From NCBI GenBank assembly GCA_016839555.1, contig JAEOUA010000001.1, forward strand, positions 32,001 through 96,000: a stretch of DNA of 64,000 nt, given 5' to 3'. The DNA comes from Promethearchaeota archaeon. GTDB taxonomy: Archaea > Asgardarchaeota > Lokiarchaeia > Sigyniarchaeales > SOKP01. Of this stretch, positions 39,521 to 50,496 are shown in pieces (position 1 is the first letter of the stretch; each line of letters opens with the position of its first letter). The position numbers and the translations under genes were made by a program. The notes beneath the pieces are model-generated. The model saw only the letters and a list, made by a program, of their open reading frames with translations, ran no database searches and had not been told where the DNA came from.

Positions 39521-39988
39521 TTGTTATCGGAAATATTATCGGAAATGAAAAAGAATTTAAAAAAGGGAGTTTCAATAGGAGATTTAAAGGCGAGTGCCCT
39601 TTTTGCGCTTGGGCAACAGTTGGATGCAATCTTCTACTACCTTGGTCATGAACTTGGCAATATTATAAATGTAAAACCGACTGAAGATGAAAGTCAAATT
39701 ACCGAACAATTAAAGCATATAATCGCTGAATATAATATTGGAGATGTTGAAATCACCAAAAGTACGGAAGAAATTATTGAATTAAAGTTGCGAAATCATT
39801 CTTCCATTAGGGATTTGATTAATAAGGGAATTAAATCTGAATCAAGTTTCTGTTCGTTTGAAGCGGGAATGCTTGCGGGTATTGTAGAAAAAATGAGTGA
39901 TTTTCATTGCTTTGCTCAAGAACTAAATTGCAGTCTCCAATCGGGAGATGACTTCTGTGAATTTATGATCGTCTTTCAAAAAGAATAA
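39521..39988 (+). CDS. V4R domain protein
   Basis: YYLGHELG, FCSFEAGMLAG, ELNC...GDDFCEF. Confidence 0.88.
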   Translation: MLSEILSEMKKNLKKGVSIGDLKASALFALGQQLDAIFYYLGHELGNIINVKPTEDESQITEQLKHIIAEYNIGDVEITKSTEEIIELKLRNHSSIRDLINKGIKSESSFCSFEAGMLAGIVEKMSDFHCFAQELNCSLQSGDDFCEFMIVFQKE

Positions 39989-40077
39989 AAATGAATAATT
40001 TTTTAAATTTCTAAATTATTAAATTAATATCTTTATTTACATTAAATTCGAATATAATAATTAAGTGAAAAATACAT

Positions 40078-40593
40078 ATGGTGTATAAATGTAAAATTGT
40101 TTTACTTGGCGAAGCAGCTGTGGGCAAAACATCCTTAGTATATCGATTCGTGCAAGATACCTTCCGAGAATCATATAAAAGTACGTTAGGTGTCAATCTA
40201 TTAAAAAAAGATTTAGATATTGACAACTATGGAGATACTTCAGCACAGATCTGGGATTTAGGAGGGCAAGAATCCTTCAAGAGCTTGCGTCAATTATATT
40301 TGGAGGGCGCTAATGGTGCGTTAGTGATTTATGACGTTACAAACAGAAAATCATTCGAGAAATTAGATGAATGGATAACTAGTTTTCGAGAGACAAGAGG
40401 AGATGAGCCGCTCCTTTTAATAGGTAATAAAATAGATTTACAGAAGAGAATTCAAATTGCCGAAAAGGAAGGCAAAGAATATGCCGAGAAAAACAATCTA
40501 TCTTTTCTCATAACCTCGGCTAAAACGGGGGATGCAGTGAAGACTGCTTTTAGAGAATTAATTAAACAAATTTTAGATCGTCTCACTAAGTAA
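40078..40593 (+). CDS. Rab-like small GTPase
   Basis: GEAAVGKTS, YKSTLG, WDLGGQ, NKID, TSAK. Confidence 0.93.
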   Translation: MVYKCKIVLLGEAAVGKTSLVYRFVQDTFRESYKSTLGVNLLKKDLDIDNYGDTSAQIWDLGGQESFKSLRQLYLEGANGALVIYDVTNRKSFEKLDEWITSFRETRGDEPLLLIGNKIDLQKRIQIAEKEGKEYAEKNNLSFLITSAKTGDAVKTAFRELIKQILDRLTK

Positions 40594-40644
40594 TCTTTTC
40601 AAAATCTAAACTAATATTTAAGAATTCATTACTTCAAATTTTTT

Positions 40645-40809
40645 ATGAAAATCATTTGGAAATTTAATTGGTTACATTATCATATTTATAATATTTTATT
40701 ACGCTATTATTTAAAACCAGATTTAATTTTAGAAACAAATATTTTAGGAATTGAAGAATGTGCTGAAAAAATTTTTTCGAAAATAAAATCTCAATTTCAG
40801 ATAAATTGA
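40645..40809 (+). pseudogene. 54-codon ORF ending in a remnant of an adenylyl-sulfate kinase/nucleotide kinase-like C-terminus
   Basis: Hand translation: MKIIWKFNWLHYHIYNILLRYYLKPDLILETNILGIEECAEKIFSKIKSQFQIN. The PDLILET...IEECAEKI segment resembles the CysC tail. No P-loop. Confidence 0.4.
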
Positions 40810-40830
40810 AAGAAAAAAGCTCGTAATAAC

Positions 40831-41190
40831 TTAATCTTTTTTAATTTCATTTTTTTGACATATCGCTTTAAAAGATTCTAGATACTCTTGATAAAGCTCA
40901 TTAATCAAGCTAGAATCTTTAGCTTTTCTAAATGCCATAAGAAATAATTGGTTTAAAGATTTTTTACTATTTTCCCCATAAATATCCCCTTTTAATCCGA
41001 TTAGATCCGAATATTGCTCTAACCAATTATTTAAAATTAATCTATTCTCATTTTTTAAATCTAAATTATTTAATAACCCATAAATACGCAGAATTAAAGG
41101 TGCCTTATATTTTATTTCAAGACTATCCTTTGTTTGATATTCTTTTAAATTCTTTTTATGAGGGATATGATGTGATAAAAAGGCAGGCAT
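40831..41190 (-). CDS. Hypothetical protein
   Basis: 119-aa ORF, predicted helical, no recognised motif. Confidence 0.65.
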   Translation of the reverse strand: MPAFLSHHIPHKKNLKEYQTKDSLEIKYKAPLILRIYGLLNNLDLKNENRLILNNWLEQYSDLIGLKGDIYGENSKKSLNQLFLMAFRKAKDSSLINELYQEYLESFKAICQKNEIKKD

Positions 41191-41306
41191 AGATAAATAT
41201 AAAGAATAAGAGTATGGATAAATATAAATATAATATCTGGAGGATATAGGAAGCTTTTAGCATGAAAATTCTGAAAAAATTTCCTTATTTAAAAAAAGCT
41301 AATTTG

Positions 41307-41588
41307 TTAAAAACTAATTCTAAACCTTTTAAACTCATTCGTAGCTTCTTCATATTTACTCTCGACTCTTTCAATTCTGGCGAATGAGGGACCATTATGA
41401 GCAAACTTTAAAAGCTTTTCCAATTTATCTTCCGGTCCTTCTGCTTCAATATGAACAGAGCCATCTGGCATGTTTTTCACATAGCCCTTTAATCCCCATT
41501 TTTGAGCTTTCTCTTGGGTAGTAGATCTAAAAAATACTCCTTGAACTCTTCCGAACACATCGATTTTTATCCGTTTCACATCTGTCAT
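41307..41588 (-). CDS. acyP: Acylphosphatase
   Basis: GRVQGVFFR, GYVKNMPDGSV, GPSFARI. Confidence 0.96.
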   Translation of the reverse strand: MTDVKRIKIDVFGRVQGVFFRSTTQEKAQKWGLKGYVKNMPDGSVHIEAEGPEDKLEKLLKFAHNGPSFARIERVESKYEEATNEFKRFRISF

Positions 41589-41742
41589 ATCATTTAATTT
41601 ATAAAACTTTTTAAACTAATGATTTAAAAAAATTAAAAATGAGATCAAATTCGATCCTTTAAATTTTTCCTTGATTAGATTAATCTTAATTAATTACGAT
41701 ATCATTATCTTTTATTTAAAAAAGATATGAATTTATAAGATT

Positions 41743-42378
41743 TTAGAATCTTAATTGATAAAAGTTTTTTTCTTTATTAAAAACAATAAGTTTTTTCTTT
41801 TGGAGCTTATCTAGTATTTTATTGAGCCATTTTTCTGATACATCAAATTTCGTAACTAATTTTTCAAAAGATAAAGGCTCACTAATAGCAAATAGGAACA
41901 ATAATCTACTTTCTAAGTTTAAAATGTCCGATTTTATAACTCTTTTGAATTTCTCTTCCAAATTATATAATTTTACTTTCTCCTTGGCAAGATCATTGCT
42001 CAGCTTAGAGATCACCTCATCTCTGGTTTTAAATACATCCAAACTAAAATCATAAATACGTTTCAACTGCTCTTTTAATTCTTCGCCTTCCTGTCCAGCC
42101 TCTATTTCCTTATTAAATTCATCAATTACGGTAATGTAATCAGCTCCATCATCATATTTATCAAGTACAAGTAATATAATTAACTCTTTTTCCTCATTAT
42201 AAAATGATATAGAATTCCAGTTTTTTTCCTCTGTAATTATATAACTTTGAGAAAAATTATGACTTATCTCTATTTGTTGGACGGTATTCTCAGGGATTAT
42301 TAAATCATCGGGATATTTTATTCGAATTTTAGCACCCTCAACTATATCAAATTCTACTAAAGCAACCCCCTTTACCAA
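41743..42378 (-). CDS. uDENN/longin-like - coiled coil - winged helix protein
   Basis: VALVEFDIVEGAKIRIKYP N-terminus, heptad region, wHTH PLSFEKLVTKFDVSEKWLNKILDKLQKKKLIVF...FYQL. Confidence 0.7.
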   Translation of the reverse strand: MVKGVALVEFDIVEGAKIRIKYPDDLIIPENTVQQIEISHNFSQSYIITEEKNWNSISFYNEEKELIILLVLDKYDDGADYITVIDEFNKEIEAGQEGEELKEQLKRIYDFSLDVFKTRDEVISKLSNDLAKEKVKLYNLEEKFKRVIKSDILNLESRLLFLFAISEPLSFEKLVTKFDVSEKWLNKILDKLQKKKLIVFNKEKNFYQLRF

Positions 42379-42579
42379 TTAACTCACCATATGTTATTAT
42401 GAAAATTAATAGTATCAGTATAAGACTAATTAAATAATGAAATATTAATGTTATAAATTTAATTTTATGGATTATTAAAATTATTTTCAAAAAATCATAA
42501 GAATTAATTGATTGAATACATTAAATTAAAACCTAAAAAATATAAACTTGAAAAAAAATCTTTAATTAGAGAGCTTTTG

Positions 42580-42861
42580 ATGTCGAATAATAAAAAATTT
42601 TATTATGTATATATCTTGGAAACTACATCAAAACGATCTAGGAAAAAAAAATATTATACAGGATATACTGGAAACTTGTATCGTAGACTAGAACAACATA
42701 AAAACGATAAAGGAGCAAAATTTTGTCGGGGGAAAAAAATCGAATTAAAATATTTCGAAACGCATTTTAATAGATCAGATGCAATGAAAAGAGAATTAGA
42801 AATAAAATCATTAACTCATGATGAAAAAACTCAATTAATAAAGGATTTTCAGAAGAGATGA
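42580..42861 (+). CDS. GIY-YIG nuclease family protein (UPF0213-like)
   Basis: YYVYIL, YYTGYT, RRLEQH, GAKF, AMKRE..IK. ATG at 42580 preferred over the upstream TTG at 42508. Confidence 0.88.
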   Translation: MSNNKKFYYVYILETTSKRSRKKKYYTGYTGNLYRRLEQHKNDKGAKFCRGKKIELKYFETHFNRSDAMKRELEIKSLTHDEKTQLIKDFQKR

Positions 42862-43676
42862 TTCCTATGCAGAACAAGAAGAATTTTTTAATTTGCTTGG
42901 CGGGCTTACCGGCATCTGGAAAATCTAATTTTGCTCAAAAACTAAAAACGGAATTAAATAATGCTTTTCAAAATCAGCAGGTCAAAATTGTAGACCCCGA
43001 TGTTATTCGAAGCTCCATAATTCAGGGAGGAGAATTTGATTATACAAAAGAGCAACTTATCCGTGAAAAAAATCTGTTAGAGATTAGGAATTTATTAAAA
43101 AAGGGGTTTATAGTAGTAAGTGATGATCTTAATTATTATTCAAGCATGAGGCATGATTTACGAGCAGTTGCTAATGACTTAAATCTACCTTTTTTTATAG
43201 TTTATATCTCAACACCATTAAAGGCATGTATCCAGTGGAACGAAAAAAGAGGAAAACCAATTCCAAATGAAGTTATTTATAAAATCAATCGTAAATTTGA
43301 TTATTTTGAAAAATATGATTGGGATACCCCCGATCTTATTATTGACTTATCCACATCAAATAATATAGACAAAATACTCACAAAATTCTTAGATAAAATT
43401 AAAAAAGAACTAAATCGAAAAAAAGCCTCGAAAAGAAGAAAAGAAGCGAGTAAAATAGAAACATCTCAATCATATCACGAAAAATTGGATATCATATCAC
43501 GAAGAATTATAACAGAATTATTAAAAAATCCACACAATAGGAAATATAAAAATAAAATAATTAAGCAGAGAGGGATCTTTATTAGAAATAATTTGAACCC
43601 AGAATTATCGGATTCGAAAATTGAAGAACGTTTTATAAAGTTTTTAAAAAAAAAGTTGGATATAGAGATTGGCTGA
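42858..43676 (+). CDS. pstK: O-phosphoseryl-tRNA(Sec) kinase (PSTK/Kti12 family)
   Basis: GLPASGKS, D.IR, DDLNYYSSMRHDL, N..RG.PIP.EVI, YDWDTP, C-terminal LD..SRRIITE helix bundle. Confidence 0.85.
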   Translation: MIPMQNKKNFLICLAGLPASGKSNFAQKLKTELNNAFQNQQVKIVDPDVIRSSIIQGGEFDYTKEQLIREKNLLEIRNLLKKGFIVVSDDLNYYSSMRHDLRAVANDLNLPFFIVYISTPLKACIQWNEKRGKPIPNEVIYKINRKFDYFEKYDWDTPDLIIDLSTSNNIDKILTKFLDKIKKELNRKKASKRRKEASKIETSQSYHEKLDIISRRIITELLKNPHNRKYKNKIIKQRGIFIRNNLNPELSDSKIEERFIKFLKKKLDIEIG

Positions 43677-43747
43677 ATAGTTTCAAGTTAGGAGTTATAA
43701 AAAATAAAACAAAAGAAAATAAGCAATCATTATTTTATATCAATTAG

Positions 43748-46066
<2,319 letters not shown>

Positions 46067-46230
46067 ATCCTCTTTCTCTTTTTAATATTTTCCCTATTTC
46101 TTTCTAATTTTATTTATTACCTCATTTTTAAATTAATTGCATTTTATCAAAGTATTTTAATTTTGAAATCAAACTAATATTATTAAAAAATATAATTTGA
46201 TAAAAGTAAATTTGAAAGAATGATATAAAT

Positions 46231-47430
46231 TTGAGTAATATCAATATTAATTGGAAAGGGCATATAGCTAAATATCAAGCTGCTATGGAAGATTTGAATT
46301 TAGATTTCTGTATTTTAACCAGAATTAAATCAATCACCTATTTAGCGGGCTGTTTTGTCCCATGGAAAAGCGCCATATTATTGCCAAAAGAAGGTGAAGG
46401 AGAGCCTATTCTTTTCACTGTACTTTTAGATGTGGAAAGAGTTAAAGCAGAGGGACAATTAGAGACAGATGGATGGGGTCCTATGAAGGGATTCAATTGG
46501 GAAACAAAAATACAACGCACTGCCAAGAAAATGGGGATTTATAGTCCAAAAGGAAAAGCACCTCGAATAGGTGTTGAGTTGGGATTGGATATCTGCGTAA
46601 CTGGTCAATTGCTCTCATATACTGAAGCTCAACTATTAAAAAAAGTCTTTCCGGGTTGTGAATTAGTTGATTTTAATGATAAAACGGAAAGGATACAATT
46701 AATTAAAGAGCCAGAAGAAATTGAAATGCTCAAAAAAGCGAGTGAAATCACTGATGTTGGACAAGCTGCTGTAAAAAAAGAATTACAAGAGAGACCTCCT
46801 GGAAAAGTATTTACTGAAAATGAGATTGCGGGAATAGGAACCCTTGCTATGAGGAAAGCGGGCAGTAATTATGAATGGACATTTACTGGAAATGAAGAGA
46901 TTGGATCGGGGTACCGTGCTAGTTGGACCTTTAATGGGTGTACTCCTGCGACTAATAAAGAAGTTAAGGAAAGCGAGTCCTTGTTGGTTGATCTTCACAG
47001 TGAATATGGCTGTTATTTAGGAGACTTGAGCCATAATTATGTATTAGGGGATTGTCCACCAGAATTAAAAAAATTCAATGATGTATTTGAGCAATTATCA
47101 TATGCTTTAATTGATAATATGAATCCTGGAACAACTTTTGATGAATGTTATAAAGAAGTACATAAAATAGCGGTTAAGGAGGGATTTGGGAATGACCTCT
47201 TTTTCGGATTGGGACACGGAATAGGTTGTATAGGTAATGAATCATTCCCAGTAGTAGTCCCCGGTAAAGATTGGGGTGATATGACTTTTGAAGAGAATAT
47301 GGTGGAAATAGCTGCAGTCGTGTTTAATAGACCAGGATTAGGAGGCTTAAGATTAGAATCACCGACATGGGTCACGAGAAATGGTGCACAGCTTCTTCCA
47401 AAAACTTCTCTCGATGTAGATTATGTTTAA
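46231..47430 (+). CDS. M24 (Xaa-Pro peptidase/creatinase-fold) family protein with divergent active site
   Basis: Creatinase-like N-domain, IKEPEEI, D..D ligands, GHGIG, GGLRLE. Confidence 0.8.
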   Translation: MSNININWKGHIAKYQAAMEDLNLDFCILTRIKSITYLAGCFVPWKSAILLPKEGEGEPILFTVLLDVERVKAEGQLETDGWGPMKGFNWETKIQRTAKKMGIYSPKGKAPRIGVELGLDICVTGQLLSYTEAQLLKKVFPGCELVDFNDKTERIQLIKEPEEIEMLKKASEITDVGQAAVKKELQERPPGKVFTENEIAGIGTLAMRKAGSNYEWTFTGNEEIGSGYRASWTFNGCTPATNKEVKESESLLVDLHSEYGCYLGDLSHNYVLGDCPPELKKFNDVFEQLSYALIDNMNPGTTFDECYKEVHKIAVKEGFGNDLFFGLGHGIGCIGNESFPVVVPGKDWGDMTFEENMVEIAAVVFNRPGLGGLRLESPTWVTRNGAQLLPKTSLDVDYV

Positions 47431-47463
47431 AATTTTTCAAAAATAAAATAAAAGGTTTAGATA

Positions 47464-48627
47464 TTATAGATTATTCACAAATTCTTCGATTCTATTCATC
47501 GCTTCCCTTAATTTATTCATTTCAGTAGCATAAGAAATTCTTAAGTGATCATCAGAATACGAGCCAAAAATATTTCCAGGAACCACAGCGACTCCCTTTT
47601 CTTTCATTAGTCGCATGGAAAATTCCTCACTTGAAATATTAAACTTCTCTAAAGAAGGCATGATGTAAAATGCACCTTGGGGTTTAATAACTTTAAATCC
47701 AATTTCCTTTAATCTCTCATACGAAAAGTCCCTACGCTTTTTGTATGTCGCAAGAATTTCGTCAAAAAACTTATTATCCATTTTTAAGGCCTCTAAAAAA
47801 CCATATTGGGCAGCATGATTAGTTCCTGCTACTGTATATTGATGATATTTTTCCATTAAATCTATAATCTCTTTTTTTGCTACAGCATATCCTAACCGAA
47901 AACCTGTTGCGGAATATAATTTTGACATCGCATTTAATGTTGTTGTCCTTTCAAATATTTCATTCATCGATCCAGGACTTATATGTTTTAATCCGTCATA
48001 AATATAGTTTTCATATACTTCATCCGAGATCAAATATAAATCATATTCTAATATGATCTGAACTAGTTCTTCCATCTCATTTTGTGTAAAAGCATATCCA
48101 GTCGGATTATTTGGAGAATTAATGAGAATTGCTTTTGTTTTCTCAGTGAGCGCAGATCGCATCGCCTCAAAATCAGGACCGAAATCCTCCCTTCTCTTAA
48201 TTTCTTGGACCTCAACGCCAAAGAAAGGACCTAAATAAAAATAAGATACAAAGTTTGGTGAAAATAAGAGGAACTGATCGCCTGGATTGAATAAAGAAGC
48301 AAAGGTGAGGGTTAACGCTTGGCTTCCCCCATTAGTTACGATAATATTTTCTTTCCAATCAACAGAGATATCATTTATCTCCCTTAATTTATATTCTATT
48401 TGCTCCAAGAGCTCGGGTATCCCCCTCGTAGGCGCATAATGAGTAATGTTTTTCTTAAGCGCTTCAATATTTCCATTAATTGCGGGTTCCGGCGTATCAA
48501 AATCAGGCTGTCCAATACCTAAGCTGATCACATCAGCACGACCAGCAGCAAGATCAAATAATTCTCTAATCTTTGATTTTGGAGTTTTTTCTTTAAGTGT
48601 TATTGATAATTCCTTCACTAAACACAC
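47464..48627 (-). CDS. Class I/II PLP-dependent aminotransferase (aspartate aminotransferase-like)
   Basis: GIGQPDF, NSPNNPTG, SDEVY, SKLYSATGFRLG, LRISYA. Confidence 0.94.
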   Translation of the reverse strand: MCLVKELSITLKEKTPKSKIRELFDLAAGRADVISLGIGQPDFDTPEPAINGNIEALKKNITHYAPTRGIPELLEQIEYKLREINDISVDWKENIIVTNGGSQALTLTFASLFNPGDQFLLFSPNFVSYFYLGPFFGVEVQEIKRREDFGPDFEAMRSALTEKTKAILINSPNNPTGYAFTQNEMEELVQIILEYDLYLISDEVYENYIYDGLKHISPGSMNEIFERTTTLNAMSKLYSATGFRLGYAVAKKEIIDLMEKYHQYTVAGTNHAAQYGFLEALKMDNKFFDEILATYKKRRDFSYERLKEIGFKVIKPQGAFYIMPSLEKFNISSEEFSMRLMKEKGVAVVPGNIFGSYSDDHLRISYATEMNKLREAMNRIEEFVNNL

Positions 48628-48756
48628 ATCAATCTAATATTATAATTATAATTCCTTATTATGATTGATACAATTTAAGCATTTCAAATAAAAAATAGTC
48701 AAAGAATTTGCATTAAAAATTAATTATTAGGAGCTTTTTTTAAAAGAGGAGAACTT

Positions 48757-49305
48757 TTAGTCTATGGTTTCTCCATAATTTCTTAAAATTTGTCTCACAA
48801 GATTTTCAAACGCCTTCTCCACATTTTCCCCGTATTTTGCCGATGTTTCTACAAAATCACAAGCCTTTATCTCTTCTGCTAATTTTTGCCCTTCTTCAGT
48901 TTTAACCATACGCTGTTCTTCTAAGTCTTTTTTATTCCCAATTAAGATATAAGCCCCCTCCTTTTCCACATATTTCTTAAAGTCATTTAGCCATTTTTCT
49001 TTAATCGCCGCAAAAGTTTTTTCTCTGCTGATATCATACACTAAGAGGGCACCAACACAACCCTGAAAGTACATGGAGCGAATTACATTGTACTTTTCTT
49101 GTCCCGCCAAGTCCCACATAATTAATCTGACCCTTGTGTCATTAATATTTACATCTTTTCGAATTATATTCGCTCCAAGAGTTGGTTTATAGTCCTCTTG
49201 GAAACTACTTTCTACATATTGACTAATCAAGCTTGTCTTGCCTACGGCTGCCTCGCCGAGGATTGTGAGTTTAAAGACAAACTCTCTATTATCATTTGCT
49301 GACAT
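48757..49305 (-). CDS. Rab-like small GTPase
   Basis: GEAAVGKTS, YKPTLG, WDLAGQ, NKKD, ETSAK. Confidence 0.93.
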   Translation of the reverse strand: MSANDNREFVFKLTILGEAAVGKTSLISQYVESSFQEDYKPTLGANIIRKDVNINDTRVRLIMWDLAGQEKYNVIRSMYFQGCVGALLVYDISREKTFAAIKEKWLNDFKKYVEKEGAYILIGNKKDLEEQRMVKTEEGQKLAEEIKACDFVETSAKYGENVEKAFENLVRQILRNYGETID

Positions 49306-49339
49306 ATAGTTAAAATCCTTTTGTAATTAATACTATATT

Positions 49340-49894
49340 TTAAAACTTATTATTTTTTTTGATTTTTAATTTTAAGAAAAAACTCTTTTCTTCTGCTTTT
49401 GAGGCTTCATAATCGACTTTTTCTTGAGCTGATAAAGTTTTTTCAAGTGTGTGAACTAAAAATCCAATAAATAAATCACATGAATTGTCAATTTCCGAGC
49501 AAAATATACAATTTTCAATCTCTAAATTTATTGAAACACTAGTTTTTTCTAAAATTTTCACATTCCAATTTGTTTTAATTAATTGAGTGAGTTCTTCTAT
49601 ACTTTCTTGAAAATTCTTTCCAAATGGGAAGAGATAAAAGGAAAATTTCTTCCCAATAGTATATAATAGATCAAATGAATTGTATAATAGAACATCTTGA
49701 GCAAAAAGAATCTTTTTAAAGGGGGAAAGAATAATATATTCATTTGGATTAGTATCTCTTCGGTCTTTAAATTCAAGCATACCTGCTTCTTTTAGAATCG
49801 ATTTCATTCCATCATAATCGAGGATATCGAGGTATGCTTGAAGTAATGCCGTTATAACTTTATTTTGCACGAGCCCATTGGTTTTTTCAGTCAT
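49340..49894 (-). CDS. Divergent V4R/Bet3-like domain protein
   Basis: DGMKSILKEAG N-helices, LYTIGKKF, IENCIFC...SCDLFIGFL. The last V4R Cys pair is missing. Confidence 0.65.
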   Translation of the reverse strand: MTEKTNGLVQNKVITALLQAYLDILDYDGMKSILKEAGMLEFKDRRDTNPNEYIILSPFKKILFAQDVLLYNSFDLLYTIGKKFSFYLFPFGKNFQESIEELTQLIKTNWNVKILEKTSVSINLEIENCIFCSEIDNSCDLFIGFLVHTLEKTLSAQEKVDYEASKAEEKSFFLKLKIKKNNKF

Positions 49895-49927
49895 TTATTC
49901 CCCTATATTAAAAGAAATTATTTATTT

Positions 49928-50353
49928 TTATAATTTTAGAAGCGAGAGATCGAATCGTGGATCATGTTCTCTTTGAAGTTTTTCTTGTGTTTCATGAATA
50001 ATTACTTCACCTGTTACTGAAATTATTCCACTATGGAAATGACCCCCTAGTAAGCTATAATCCTCTCGTCCTACAATACAATGGAGATGAATTATTGGTT
50101 CTCCATTTTTAAATGCAATATTCCCCATACAACTTACTAATTCTACATTTTCTTCAAAAGTTTTGAATTTATATACTTTATTTGTAAGGTCAAAAAATCC
50201 AATAGTATATTTTTTTAAAGCTCCAATAATAGAAACTGATCCAGATTGTATGTTATGTTTCTTTACAATCTGAGTTACAGCATTTATAACTTCTTCATCT
50301 GGGGAAAGCTTAGCTAATATTACTCGATTAGATTTAGTTTGGATGCTTTTCAT
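49928..50353 (-). CDS. PPC domain (DUF296) protein
   Basis: IGAL, ELVSCMGNI, HLH...GGH, TGE. Confidence 0.9.
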   Translation of the reverse strand: MKSIQTKSNRVILAKLSPDEEVINAVTQIVKKHNIQSGSVSIIGALKKYTIGFFDLTNKVYKFKTFEENVELVSCMGNIAFKNGEPIIHLHCIVGREDYSLLGGHFHSGIISVTGEVIIHETQEKLQREHDPRFDLSLLKL

Positions 50354-50496
50354 TATATTGTTAATTTTTTATATTATATTAATAATTCTTAGTTCTTTTA
50401 AATTTAATATATAATTAAAAAATAATTCTAAAGAAATAATTAAATTATAGAACCGATATTTAAAGATATTTTTATTTAATGTAAAAAAGGAGATGA

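Noticed and set aside
42580-42861. GIY-YIG gene as a homing endonuclease or mobile element
   Set aside because: Stand-alone short UPF0213-like form with no intron, terminal repeats or DNA-binding extension.
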